DNA from: Vicugna vicugna
Lineage: Eukaryota
Length of the DNA stretch: 38,244 nucleotides
Assembly (NCBI GenBank): GCA_013265495.1
Contig: MU057419.1
Span: 1-38,244 of the forward strand
Reading direction: 5' to 3'
Shown: positions 1-12,995 of the stretch, piece by piece
Numbering within the stretch: position 1 is the stretch's first letter
Layout of the letters: each line of letters opens with the position of its first letter
Notes under the pieces: model-generated
What the model saw: only the letters and a program-made list of their open reading frames with translations
What the model was told of the DNA's origin: nothing
The model's database searches: none
Translations under genes and position numbers: made by a program

Positions 1-452
1 GTGAAGATATTTTGGTGATCATTTCTTTCAGTTTTTGTTTGTCTGAAAAAATACTTTACTTTTTTTTGAAATCATTTGCTGTCATTTTTGTGTACACAGT
101 TCTAGAATGGCAGCTGTTTCCCCCAGTATTTGGGAAACATTCTAATGGTTTCCACTTGGCTGTTGAGAAGTCTGTTGTCAGCAAATTTATGATTCCTTTG
201 GAGGTCAGCTGTCTTTTCTTTCTGGACTTGAAGGTCTCCTTTTTATTTGTCATTGTTGTTTTCTAGTTTTACTTATATGGTATTATAGAAGTTGTTCTGC
301 CTGTCTCTTTGGATTTATTTTTTCCCCAACAATTCTGGGAAATTCTGAGCTATTATTTCTGTATATATTACCATTCCTTTTGTGCTCTCTCCTTTTGGAA
401 GAGCCGTTAAAGGTAAATCATGTTTTCTTGTTTTATACACCCCGTTCTCCTT
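1..452 (-). mobile_element. Old LINE-1 (L1M-type) fragment, antisense
   Basis: T-rich sequence with motifs typical of antisense ancient L1 (e.g. ttcagtttttgtttgtctgaaaaa, gttgagaagtctgttgtc). It runs into the gap. Confidence 0.55.
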
Positions 453-945
453 NNNNNNNNNNNNNNNNNNNNNNNNNNNNNNNNNNNNNNNNNNNNNNNN
501 NNNNNNNNNNNNNNNNNNNNNNNNNNNNNNNNNNNNNNNNNNNNNNNNNNNNNNNNNNNNNNNNNNNNNNNNNNNNNNNNNNNNNNNNNNNNNNNNNNNN
601 NNNNNNNNNNNNNNNNNNNNNNNNNNNNNNNNNNNNNNNNNNNNNNNNNNNNNNNNNNNNNNNNNNNNNNNNNNNNNNNNNNNNNNNNNNNNNNNNNNNN
701 NNNNNNNNNNNNNNNNNNNNNNNNNNNNNNNNNNNNNNNNNNNNNNNNNNNNNNNNNNNNNNNNNNNNNNNNNNNNNNNNNNNNNNNNNNNNNNNNNNNN
801 NNNNNNNNNNNNNNNNNNNNNNNNNNNNNNNNNNNNNNNNNNNNNNNNNNNNNNNNNNNNNNNNNNNNNNNNNNNNNNNNNNNNNNNNNNNNNNNNNNNN
901 NNNNNNNNNNNNNNNNNNNNNNNNNNNNNNNNNNNNNNNNNNNNN
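453..945. other. Assembly gap (N run)
   Basis: Run of N. Confidence 1.
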
Positions 946-1832
946 GGATTAATGTTTGACTACAAGTTAAAATGCTTGGCATTTTTATAAAGGAAATTAG
1001 AAGTTTCACAGAAAATATTCTATTACTCTCTCATACTATTTTCAGCTGAAATCTTGAAGGCCATGGTCAAGTCTGATGCATCTTAAGAAGAATATAGTAG
1101 ATTAAGATACAATGACTTCTGTTGTTGATTAAGATTAAGATACAAAGGCTTTTGGCTTTTGGTGGTAACATCTGGTCTATAAAGGATGATTGGAACCTTC
1201 AGTCTGGGGAGTTGAAGCTGAAACAGGACATGACTAAAACTTATAAATTAAGCAATGGATAAGATGACATACAATCTTCATCAGACCATGAAGAAATACT
1301 ACGGCATTTTTAAAAACTTGACTGAAGAACATTTAGGTAAATGAAAGAAGCAGTTGTGGAGGATGCGTGGAGCATGTGGAGGCAGGTGAAGAATGACTCG
1401 AATCCATTTATAATTGGTGGGGCTTCAGGGGGCTAGAAAAAGAGGCTGGGTATGAATATGAATACATGAATATATGCCCACACACTCTCTCCCTGTAGCA
1501 TGTAGCTTGGAGCGTCTATTGTAACATAATACTAGATTGGATTGTCTAGTGTGAAATTGTCATAGTTTGATGTTGATGTGAGAAGATAAAAGAGGCACTT
1601 TGGAATAGATGTCAAGAAAAGACATACTGGAATGGTGGGACCCGAGTAAATTCTTAATGAATCATTGAGACAGGGAAGGGATAAGCTATTCCAAGAGATG
1701 AAAAGATTGAGATCAGAGCAGCCAGTCTGCGTCTTTGTTACCTTATTAGCACATGAGAACTGAATTGAAACCATCCTGAGAGCTGGGTTAGTATAGTGGT
1801 TCAGAGAAAAGGCTTTGGGCCAGTATGTCTGT

Positions 1833-1970
1833 TTATTTTTTTGGGGGGGTGGGGTGATTAGGTTTGTTTGTTTGTTTATTCATTTATTTTGATGGAGGGA
1901 CTGGGGATTGAACCCAGGACCTCGTGCATGCTAAGCATACATTCTACCACTGAACTATACCCTCCCTGCC
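1833..1970 (-). mobile_element. tRNA-derived SINE (camelid Vic-1-like)
   Basis: Reverse complement gives gggagggtatagttcagtggtagaatg...gaggtcctgggttcaatcccc (A box and B box), followed by an A-rich tail. Confidence 0.85.
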
Positions 1971-1977
1971 CTGGGCC

Positions 1978-2418
1978 AGGAGGTCCAATAGACATATAAT
2001 GTGAGCCACATCTGTAACTTAAATTTTTCTAATAGACACATTAAAAAAGTAAAAAGAAATAGGTAAAACTAATTGTAATAATATATTTTTATTAAACTCA
2101 ATACACCCCAAATCACTTCAAATGTATCATTTCAACATGTTTTCAATGTAAACAATGATCTATGAGCTGTTTTACATTCTTTTTTGCCATACTAGGTCTT
2201 TAGAATCTGCCTTTTTTTTTCACTTACCATCCATATCAACTTGGAAGCTAATTTTCAACAGAAATACTTGCTCTGTATTTTGATTTCATAACATTTACAG
2301 TTGAAAATAACTGAATGAAATATTCGTCTTTAAAATTCAACTCAACTAAAATTTTAGCTTCTTAGTTTGCATTAGTCAAATTTCAGATGCTCAATGGTCA
2401 ATGTGCTACTGGACAGGG
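1978..2418 (+). mobile_element. hAT-Charlie DNA transposon (MER33/Charlie1b-like)
   Basis: Matches the recalled MER33 consensus: gtccaatagacatataatgtgagccacat...aaatttttctaatagacacattaaaaaagtaaaaagaaa, ending in ctggacag. Confidence 0.8.
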
Positions 2419-2424
2419 TATCCC

Positions 2425-2610
2425 TGGAGTCTGATTTTCAAAACCTGCCTACATCTACCACTTTCTAGTTATTTGGGCTTGTTACTTAACCCCTCTAATA
2501 AGTCTTGGTTTCCTTATTTGTAGAAGAGACCAATAATAGAATGAAGTTCATAGGAATATTGTGAAGGTTAAATCCAGTAATCTGTGGGACACACCATGCC
2601 GTACCTGATC
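2425..2610 (+). mobile_element. MIR (3' part; the 5' part lies at ~1785-1825, split off by MER33 and the SINE)
   Basis: MIR core: gttacttaacccctct...ggtttccttatttgta...cataggaatattgtgaaggttaaat. Confidence 0.7.
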
Positions 2611-2996
2611 GTATGTGATCACTGTTCGTTATCATTTTGAGGATGAAGGATGTAGGAACGGGAACCAGACTGAAGTTGGGAAGGAGGCAAAATCTGCTCT
2701 GAACCCCCTGACTTTGAGGTGAAGATGGGAGATCCCATGGATTAGAAGAAATAGATTAGGATTCAGGAGAAAGACTTGGGCCCAGAGAAACCACAGGGGA
2801 AGGAAGCCTCATGGACACTCTCATGACCATGGTCACACGCTCATTCACTTTCCTTTCTTTCCTACCAGACTGTGAACTCTTCCCTGTCTCTTACATGTGG
2901 CTGGTGTGATTTACAAATGGAATTTTTAATTTAATAATTTTAAGTAACTGAAATTATGGTTGCACATAGTAGATGTTTAAGAAATGTCTATTGAAT

Positions 2997-3139
2997 GGAG
3001 GGAGGGTACAGCTCCAGTGATGGAGCACGTGCTTAACATGCATGAGGTCCTGGGGTGAATCCCCATCACCTCCATTAAATAATAAATAGATAAATATACC
3101 TAATTACCTACCCCTTCAAAATAAAACAAAACAAACAAA
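2997..3139 (+). mobile_element. tRNA-derived SINE (Vic-1-like) with 19-bp target-site duplication, inserted in an L2 3' end
   Basis: Head gggagggtacagctccagtg...gaggtcctggggtgaatcccc and an A-rich tail. TSD aagaaatgtcta(t/c)tgaatg at 2979-2997 and 3140-3158. Confidence 0.9.
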
Positions 3140-4403
3140 AAGAAATGTCTACTGAATGAACAAACTGAACTTCACTGGAGACTAAACACAACAAGAGAAT
3201 AGAGAATTGAATACTTAAGTATTTTTGAGGACTTTGGCCAATTACTACCTGACCATATGCTTTTAAAGTAATGACATAATTCCAATTCACATTTTGGCGT
3301 ATATTCCCAGATATATCTTTGAAACGGTTCAAAAACATCCATTTTGTGCTGGAAGTTTGGTGTATAGGTGGTTCTCTGAGATGTTAAAAAAATATACTAT
3401 CATTCTCAAAAGGGCCCTGTGATTTAATTCAAAATAATACAGCCTTTAAAATTTTTCTTCTCCTTATTTGCCTTTTTAAGGCAATCTCTATGCTTTTGAG
3501 AGTTTGAAGACCATGAAAGTCATATGAAAGTACAAAGGGAAATTACCCAAGCCCCGCTCCCTTTTAGCAAACCTTTCTCTCTCAAGAGTACATGTCAGGG
3601 AATTCTATTAGTGGACGACAAGGAAGCTGTCTAGTTAGTGTGACATCGCTTCCCCGTTTGGTGACACTTTTCTATAGCATCCTTCGGGCTTTCTCATTTG
3701 ACACTTCGGCACCCCTGCCAAGTCCTTTCCTGCTGTCTGTAAACAAGGCTGTCACTCACAGAGCCTTCCCCTCACCTCTGGCAGGGAAGGGAGGTTAATG
3801 ACTTTGCAAATGGAAAACAGAACAGCCATCAAAAGGACTTTTAATACCAGGAGAATTATAGGAGAATAATTGAATCAAATCAAATAAGAATATAAATAGA
3901 CCGTATTACAAGCCGCCTTGGTTAAAAGGGTTCACATCAGTTGAAGTTTCATGTTACCTGGGAAGAGTAATTAAAAGAAATAAAATAGATTGAAAATGGT
4001 TACCCTTGAGAAGCTATTCCGACTTTTTGGCAGGATTCCCCTGGGCTCCTGGTGCCCATATAACGCGTCTCATTTCTGCTTTTTTTCCCCAACTTCAATT
4101 CTGCTTTACAAGTAAGACTTCTGATAGTCCCCCACCCCCACCCCTTCAAGTGTCTTTCATTTATCATTTAGTTTTGTGGGCAAGGAGATGAGATAAGCCT
4201 TTGCTTCTGGGGAGACGCTGGCATTTCTAGGCTTCTGATAGGTGGTCTTTTAAGGTCAAATAGTCTAGGAGGAATCAAGAGCATTTTGAGGGGACAGATC
4301 TTAGTTGATCTGAATCAGAAGGTGCTGGATACAGGAATTAGAAGAGCAGAAAAGGACTTTTAAGAAAGAAACATAACCTTATATCACCCCCCCGCCACAC
4401 ACA

Positions 4404-4486
4404 NNNNNNNNNNNNNNNNNNNNNNNNNNNNNNNNNNNNNNNNNNNNNNNNNNNNNNNNNNNNNNNNNNNNNNNNNNNNNNNNNNN
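4404..4486. other. Assembly gap (N run)
   Basis: Run of N. Confidence 1.
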
Positions 4487-4878
4487 TCAGTTACAAAAGT
4501 TTCTGGTGTACAGCATCATGTCCCAGTCATGCATATACATACACAGATTCATTTTCCTTTTCTTTTTCAAGTAAAGGTTATTACAAAATATTGAATTTAG
4601 TTCTCTGTGCTATACAGAGGAAATTTGTTTTCCCAAACTGTTTTTATATACAGTAGCTATCATCTGGAAATCTCAAGTCCCCAGATTTATCCCTTCCCAC
4701 CCGTTCCCCCTGCCCACCTCACCCATGACTATGATTGTTTACTATGTCTGCAAGTCTGTTTCTGTTTTGTAGATGAGTTCATTAGTGTCCTTTTCTTTCT
4801 TCCTTCCTTCCTTTCTTCCTTTCTTCCTTCCCTCCTTCCTTCCTCCCTTCCTCCCTCCCTCTCTCTCTTTCTTTTTCT

Positions 4879-4953
<75 letters not shown>

Positions 4954-5735
4954 CTCTCTCTCTTTCTTTCTATTTCTTTCTTTCTTTCTTTCTTTCTTTC
5001 TTTTCTTTCTTTCTTTCTCTCTTTCTTTCTTTTCTTTCTTTCCCTCTCTCTCTCTCTCTCTTTCTTTTCTTTCTTTCCCTCTCTCTTTCATAGATTTCAC
5101 ATATGAGTGACATCATATAAGTATGATATTTTCCTTTCTCTTTCTGTCTGACTTCATTTAGAATGACAATCTCAGGTCCAACCATGTTGCTGCAAATGGC
5201 ATTATTTTATTCTTTTTAATGGCTGAGTAATATTCCATTGTATATATATACCATAACTTCTTTATTCGGTCATCTGTCCATGGACATTTAGGTTTCCATG
5301 TTTTAGTTATTGTGAATAGTGTTGCTATAAACATTGGGGTCCATGTATCTTTTCAAATTAGAGTTCCCTCTGGCTATATGGCCAGGAGTGGGATTACTAG
5401 ATCATATAGTAAGTCTAGTTTTAGTTTTTTGAGGAATCTCCATACTATTCTCCATAATGGCTGCACCAAACTATATTCCCACCAACAGTGTCAGAGGGTT
5501 CCCTTTTCTCCACACCCTCTCCAGCATTTATTCTTTGTGGACTTTCTAATGGTGGTCATTCTGGTTGGTGTGAGGTGATACCTCATTGTGGTTATGATTT
5601 GCATTTCTCTGGTAATTAGTGATATTGAGCATTTTTTCATGTACCTAATGGCCATTTGCATGTCTTCATTTGAGAATTGCTTGTTAGGCTCTTCTGCCCA
5701 TTTTTGGATTGGGTCTTTTTTTTATTTGTTTAATA
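4487..5735 (-). mobile_element. LINE-1 3' end (ORF2 C-terminus plus 3'UTR), antisense
   Basis: The minus-strand ORF fragment ...[17 protein letters not shown]... resembles the L1 3' end. It also has typical antisense L1 motifs (ccatgttgctgcaaatggc, ggctgcaccaaactatattcccaccaacagtg). Confidence 0.93.
4791..5088. repeat. Compound polypyrimidine microsatellite (CCTT/CTTT/CT)n inside the L1
   Basis: About 300 nt of C/T with a single A (4972). Confidence 0.97.
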
Positions 5736-5879
5736 AATTTCTTAAATGCAAGGCATACTGATAACATACCTACCTTTTGCAAAAGAATGAGTAGCTTTCT
5801 TAAAAAAGTCTTTTGATTTTGTAGTTCTTAAGCAGAATAACTTTTTGATTCTATGAATCTCATATAGTCTTCTCATGAT

Positions 5880-6960
5880 TGTTAATTCAACAAATATTAA
5901 TAAGGGCTTAATATGTTCAGAGCACTGTCCTAGACACTGGGTTTGGGATGAAGACTAAAGGTGATATGGTAGTTTGCTTATGGAGTTTACAGTCTAGTAG
6001 GGGGAGGGGTGCAATAGACAGGTAAATACATTTGCAGTAATAAACTGTGAAGAACTTATAGAAAGAGAGATTAAGAGCCATGAGAGCTGGTCAGGAAATT
6101 AGATGATGTTTGATTTAAAATGTACAAGATAATAAGAAACTAATCAAGTAAAAGAACCTGGTGAGTGAGACAGGGGTGAGGGCTCATTGCAGACAGAATG
6201 AAATTGAGGAAATTTGTTACACAGCAATAGATAACTAATACACTCTTCTGCTCTTTCCACTTTACAGGCTGCCTCCGCTCTGGGAGCTGTTAAATATTTA
6301 TGATTTACAATGATAATGGTGGCGCTCCCCAAACAGGAAAGACCATGATTTGCTCCAGGGAGTGGAAGTTCCATGTGATTATAGTTCACAAGTGAAGAGA
6401 GTGGTACTAGGTGTGGTTACAGAAGTAGGTGGCAAGATGTGAGCTTGTGGTTGAGATTGTTAAGTATGATCTCCCTAGATGACTTTTTTTGGCCAGCCAG
6501 AAAAATAGATTGGAAGGAAAAAAAACGAGAAAGGGAGCTGTTGCAGTATTTCAGAAGAAAGGTAGTGGTGCTGGTACTAGGTTGGTGGCATTTGACATCG
6601 GGGCATGCATTCAAGACACATTTCAAGGTGGCCTCAGGGGGACTTGCTGTTGATTGAACATGGATGGAGGTTAAAGGAGAGAGAGGAATTGTGGACAATA
6701 TTCCAGTTGGCTTCAGGCTTGAAGACCTGTGTAGATGGAGATGCCTGGGAGGTAATTTGTCAGGAAATTAAGATTTCTGCTTTAGGCTTATTGAGTTGAG
6801 TGTGCACATGGCAAGTAGGGATCTCAAGTTGACAGCTGGGTATGTGAATCTGGAGGCATAAATGTGGGGTTCTTTGGCATTTTATGTACCTTTACTTTTC
6901 AGGAGAGAGAAGAGATGTCCTTGGGCTGAACCCTGAGAAATGGCAATATTTGGAATGCAG
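5880..6960 (-). mobile_element. L2 LINE fragments (with an interruption near 6220-6400)
   Basis: Antisense L2 3' terminus (ttcaacaaatattaataagggcttaatatgttcagagcactgtcctagacactggg), followed by purine-rich L2-like body. Confidence 0.65.
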
Positions 6961-6984
6961 GCAGAAAAGAAGTTTGTTTTCTAG

Positions 6985-7410
6985 ACCTGTCAGTCTGTTT
7001 CTTTTTTTGCTATATTCACTAATTTGTTTTATTTTTTAGAGTCTGCCTATAAGAGGTAACATACAGAATTTGTCTTTTTCTTGCCTTATTTCACTAAGCA
7101 TGCTACCCTCCACAAGTCCATCCACTGGACTTGGAAATTGTTGCAGAATTTTATTCTTCTTTTATGGATAAGTAGTATCAATGTAGTTTTAACTTGCTTT
7201 GCTCTTATTATGAGTGAGGGTAAGTGTCTTTTCATGTGGTCAGGAGCCACTCACATTTCCCTTATGATCTCTCAGTTCACATCTTTATTACATATCATGT
7301 CCTTAGAAGTGTTATTGGCCTCTTCTCTGTTTTCAGATGATCTGTGTATATATGAAGGACATTAACCCTTTGTTTATGAAAAAGTTGCAAGTAGTTTTTC
7401 CTACTTGGTC
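6985..7410 (-). mobile_element. L1 fragments, antisense
   Basis: Motifs such as cttatttcactaagcatg and gtagttttaacttgctttgctcttattatgagtgaggg. Confidence 0.6.
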
Positions 7411-10400
7411 ACTGAGCAGGGTTGCTCTTTACTAGGCCTGCTGCATGACGGTGTCAGACACTGTGCCCAAGCTCCTCCTTGGCCTCGCTCTCCAGGCCTC
7501 CCATCCAACACTTCTATGGATAATCACATTTTTTTTTTGCTTTAGCACCAGTGTCAATTTCCATTGCTTTTAACCAAGAGTCTTGACTAAGACACACGGA
7601 AAGGAGAGAGAAAGTAGAATTCCGGGTAATGAATTGCACTTCATTTTGCATAGAACTCGGTCCAGCAACTCCTACTGGCTTTTGAGAGGGAGACGTAGAG
7701 GACATTCTTACAAATAGTAGCATCTGCTTTAAGCCAGGCAGGTGAAACCCTGGGTATTCTGTCCACAGCTAAGTTAAAGACAAGCAGTGGACTCCATGAT
7801 CCAAAGTTGCACAGATGTTTTATACACCATCTCCTACCAGCTCTGCTCCAGTCTTCTCCTGCCCCGGATTCTTGGCTCCATTCCATACTCAGGCCACCAC
7901 AATGTTCTTGGTTGAATGTTTCACTCGCATCTCCTCCTTGGGACCCGATGGACGTCTCTGACTCATCACCTCCAAACTGTCCTGTTGACTTGCCCCTTGG
8001 GACCTAATCCCTGGCTTCCTGGCAGGTGGAAGGGCCAACACGCCATCCTAGCTTGATCCATTTTCCTCCAGTCTCTGGATTCAGGGGGCAGGCCAGTTGC
8101 TCCAGGGACCAGAGATAGATTGTATCTCATGGGAAACTTGACCTGGAGGAAGTGGAACACTTACATTTGAGGGGAGACAGCAGCTCTAATGAACGGGGCT
8201 GATGGACTGAGAGCAAGTCACCAGCACTTACAGGGCCCCCTTCCTCTATCCTCCCTGAGGGGTCCCATCCACTCCAATTGTCCTGGAAAAAAGGATTAGG
8301 TCAACTAGACAAAGGGCTTTACAAATTCTTAAGAAACAAAGCCCACCATTTTTTAATGAGTTCAAAGTGTTGGCCTTTTTTATGTCTTGTCCGTGAGGGG
8401 AATAGACTAAATATGTCATCAGAATCCTCTATTCTCTTGAAATTCAGAATTCCATATTTCCTATTTCTCTTCCCCATGAAACTCACACTTCAGGGCTCTG
8501 AAGCCACTTATATTGACAACCTTAATAGCCACAAAAAAGTCTGGAGATAAGTTGGGGTGGAGTGGTGGGGGAGAGGAGAGAGATTACTCCGAGGACCTCA
8601 CAAAGTGGCTGGGGTGCCCCCTTGAGCTGCTGCAGTGGTTGCTGGGTAATGCAATACTGATGGTTCCTGACAGGGAGATGTATTGCATATTCTCTGTCCA
8701 ATTCCTGGAGAGTTGAATTCTACTGTCATTTTCTTTTCACCTCATAGACGATCAGCTTAAATCTTTTCCTGTGTTGTTAAAAACTAGAATCAGTGTGAAC
8801 AGTGTCATTGGGAAAAGTTAGACATTTCTGAGCATGTGAACCAAGAAAAATAGATGGTAAAATTAATGTGAAATGATCTCTATCGAAGTCGTTATGTTTG
8901 ATCGGTTTTTCTAAGGCATTAACCTCAGCGGTGTCTTCGAGGGATGCTTTCAAGACACAGCACTCTTATAAAAGATGACAGCAAAGTCAGTGGGCTAAAA
9001 GATAGACTGGGACCTGGAGGACCCCACTTGAAATTCCATTTTCCTCCTGTATCTCGGAGGAGCAATGGCACAGTCATGTAGGCTGTCGCAGCTTTGGTTT
9101 TGCTGTCTGTAAATGGGAACATTAGCTTCTTATATAGTATAACAGCTTATAATTTCTTCACATTGCAGAAGCATTGTACTTTTATTTGGGAAAAATGCAG
9201 ACAGACAAGAAGAATGCAAAATATATCCTCAGTCCTCCTTTCTCAGCCCCGAGGAAATGATTACTGCTCTTTGGTGGGTACCATTTGAGAAGTCCAGATT
9301 ATCTTCTTTGTGTCCTGAGTCTTGAGAACCATTCTTGAGCAATGACTGGTGAACCTTGAACAGTCAGTCAGATTTCACCCCATTTCAGTCTGTCACCTTT
9401 CTCTTTCTTCTTGAAGTATGAAGGTCTTGAAGGAAAATAAGGTCAATCATACCAAAAGATCCATATGATTGGTTTACGAAATAGACTTCACATTACATCA
9501 TGAAATTGTTAATTTGTGCCACGTGAAGTAGGTAAAATTTCAGACATGGATAATATGCCCAGGGCAACCATATTGGCAAACACTGATCCTGTGGAACTTT
9601 GTTGAATGTCTATAAATGGTTCTCAGTTAATTGTGTAGGGGAGAGTGACATCTTTGCTAATGGGGCAACACGCTGGTAAATAGAACAAGGTCTTGGCTGA
9701 TGGAAAAACCCTCCTAGGGTGGGTTCAGGAATTGAGAAAGACCTTGACCTCTCTGTGATGCTGCAAAGGGCAGCCCTTGGGGACCATGGTGATGCAGTGG
9801 CCACACCAGGCTGGCCAGATGATTAAAGCCTTTGTTGCTCTTGTGAAATGGTGTATCTCCTAACCTTGCTGGGGGCCTCTCTGGGTTTGTCTGTCTGTAA
9901 AGAGGCAAGTAGTGTCCTTCCAATGTTATTCCCTCAGGGTGGGGGTGGGGGGAGGCTGAGGGCTGGAATCCAAGATGGCTCCTGACGGCTCATGGATTGG
10001 GAGCTAGTTGCCTGGGAAGAGGCACGGGAGGGAAGTTTTACACAGAACATCGTGTGCATTTGAGTTCTCTAACATGTACAAATGCTATCTATTCTGAAAA
10101 TAAATCAACTTTAACATTTAAAAAAATCCAAACAGACAAATGTCAGTGAAAAATAAATCTGGCATTTCAGGTGGAGGTTAGATTGCTATACAGGATTTTA
10201 AAAGCCTGAATGCAGTTTAGTTCTCTTGGAATCATCCAAGGAATATGACAAAATATTCCCTCATGGAAAATGCTACATCCTGTAACACCTTGGCTTAATG
10301 AAAAAAAAAAAATCTAGACCATTCCAGTTCGGTGCTCTGACCACAGGATTCAAACCCCCCTAACTAAGGCCCCCTAAAGAATCCAGGGGGATTTCCTCCT

Positions 10401-11394
10401 GACGAAGCTATGAACCAAGCCCTCTTCCAGTGATGAAATGGGTTCTGCGTTATCTTTACACCAGAGAAGCTCCTCTAATGCTTAACCGTGTTTTGTTATT
10501 TTTAAATTTTATAATGAGTTTTCAGGCTAACGGGCACTTCTTGAGACTCTCTGAGAGAGGGGGTCTCTTGGTTCATTACTCTGTGCACAGCAGCATTTGG
10601 AATGTCACTGTGCTAGCAGGTCATTCATGTCATCTGTGTGATTTAAATACATGCAACCAGTGGTCCTAGATTAGTGTCTGTAGTTCCTCCCCATGGTAGA
10701 TCACACCGCTACTCAATCAGTCTGTGTTCCTCCCATGATCTACATTTATTTTCCAGAAATTTTGCATTTTGCTTTTAATTTGGGGAAGGAATGTGCTTGC
10801 TGGCTAGAAAACACACCTAACCCAGACTGTATTGTGATAACCTTTCTTTGTTAAGCAATTTCTTTTATAGTTCTGGGCAAGAAAACATTATGTATTTCCT
10901 ACCTACCTATCTCAATCATTGAGATTTCATGAGGATTATCCAGAAGTCAATAACCAAAAGGAAACATCAAATGAAATTGTTTCCACGTTAAGAACTCAAG
11001 GCCAGATGTAAGCATACATTTGTTTGGACCCTTTTGCATCCACATGCCTTTGCAACACTACACTTGATTTTGGGTATTTCCAAAATCTTTTTTCGGACTC
11101 CCTTTTCATGCTCAGTGTGCCCTCTTGCAGTCTGTCTAGTTCCCTGTTTCCTTGCCTTTCATCCTATTCCCCTCTGGGCCAATGAGAACACCTGCAGGCT
11201 TGTAAACCAATATCCTGGTTCAATCTCAATACCATCAGAGGAAACCGAGTTTTCAACAGTCCTGATTTCTGCTTTTCTCTCTGAACTGTGTGAGGTTGAT
11301 TAAATGATACACTTGACACCTATGTTCTTAAAAGAGACGCTCATTTAATGGGATGCAGCAATCAAATACAATTTCCCCCTTATTTTATTTTTCT

Positions 11395-12995
11395 CTGAGC
11401 TGTTTTTATCGTGAACAATGATAAGCATACTGTAAAAATACGTAAAGCATAAAGGTACTGCTTAATAAGTTATTGTAAGGCAAAGAGTATTAAACATCAC
11501 CCAGGTAAATAGAGCATTGCCAGCAACCCAGAAGGCCCTCACTTGTTCTTTTCCAATCACATCTCCCTCCCTTCCCACCAATTAACTAATAGCCTGCCCT
11601 CCCACCTGCCACTTCTAACTGGTGAGATCCCAGCAGAAGCCGGAGGGCAGGTGGCCCATGTGAAGAAATCCACGCTGGCCATGGGAGTGGGTGGAGAATG
11701 GTGGAGACTAGATCTGGAGGGGCAAGTGGAGCATGTCCAGAACAGGCTCCTTTTGCTTGACCTTGCCTGGAGAGATTTACTCACCTCGTTGTACATAATT
11801 TTTTTGTTTATTTTCACAGCTGTGTGCTGCTCTACTGTGTGAGTTTATTATTTATCCATTTACTGTTGTTGGACTTCTCGGCTGGACCTTGGTTTTAGCT
11901 TTCAGAACTGATGTCTTCCATTGGGGCACATGCCTGGTTTCTGTTGTCAGAATCACAGAATATGTCTAGGATCAGAGTCACTGGGAAATGTGGCATATGT
12001 ACATTCAGCTTCAGGACACAGTGATTAAGTGTTTCTAGACGTTGATGCGCTCATTTGCACTTCCACCAGCAGTTCATGAGATTTCTGTTGTTTCATAGAG
12101 TTGCAAATCTTAGGTTCTGTCAATCTTTTAAATTTTAACCATACTGTGTGTAATATTCCTTATTATAAAAAAATCCTCATATGTAGGTATGTGTAGGAGA
12201 GATTTACTCACCTCGTTGTACATAATTTTTTGTTTATTTTCACGGCTGTGTGCTGCTCTACTGTGTGAGTTTATTATTTATCTGTTTACTGTTGTTGGAC
12301 TTCTCAGCTGGACCTTGGCTTTAGCTTTCAGAACTGATGTCTTCCATTGGGGCACATGCCTGGTTTCTGTTGTCAGAATCACGGAATATGTCTAGGATCA
12401 GAATTGCTGGGAAATGTGGCATATGTACATTCAGCTTCAGGACACAGTGATTGTTTTCTAGACGTTGATGCGCTCATTTGCACTTCCACCAGCAGTTCAT
12501 GAGATTTCTGTTGTTTCATAGAGTTGCAAATCTTAGGTTCTGTCAATCTTTTAAATTTTAACCATACTGTGTGTAATATTCCTTATTATAAAAAATCCTC
12601 ATATGTAGGTATGTGTGTGTGTGTATATCTATATATCTACATATCTTCCTACTTTATGGCTTTTTTCCCCTGTCTTAATCATGTATTTTTATGGCTAGAA
12701 GCCTTAAAATTTATTACAGCCTAATTTATCAATATTTTCTTTTATAGTTAGTGCTTGTATGTTCCTTATAAAAATAATTCCCTCTTTATTTAGATTTTCC
12801 AATTTCTCCTCATAGTGTTTTATAGTTTTCTGTGTGGAAGATTGTCATATTTTGCATTAGTTTTATTGCTAGGTATTTTATATTTTTGATGCTATTGCAA
12901 ATAGTAACTTTTTTAAACTTCATTTTCTTATTGTTTGTGGCTGTTACAGAGAAGCTAAGTTAATTTTTGTATATTGATTTTGTATTACATAGCAA
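11395..12995 (-). mobile_element. Ancient L1ME-type fragments, antisense (interrupted; include the tandem duplication)
   Basis: L1M 3' motifs: catttgcacttccaccagcagttcatgaga, ttttatatttttgatgctattgcaaat, tttgtatattgattttgta. Confidence 0.6.
11769..12616. repeat. Tandem duplication of ~425 bp (11769-12194, 12196-12616)
   Basis: Both copies start ggagagatttactcacctcg and end atatgtaggtatgtgt. They differ by scattered substitutions and small indels. Confidence 0.97.

Noticed and set aside
380..1009. Long ORFs of 179-202 aa
   Set aside because: They are artefacts of translating through the N gap.
1895..3075. tRNA-like sequences (1895-1965 and 2997-3075)
   Set aside because: They are SINE heads with A-rich tails (one with a clear TSD), not tRNA genes.
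4607..5185. F/L/S-rich and K/E/R-rich ORFs
   Set aside because: They are translations of the CT-rich microsatellite.
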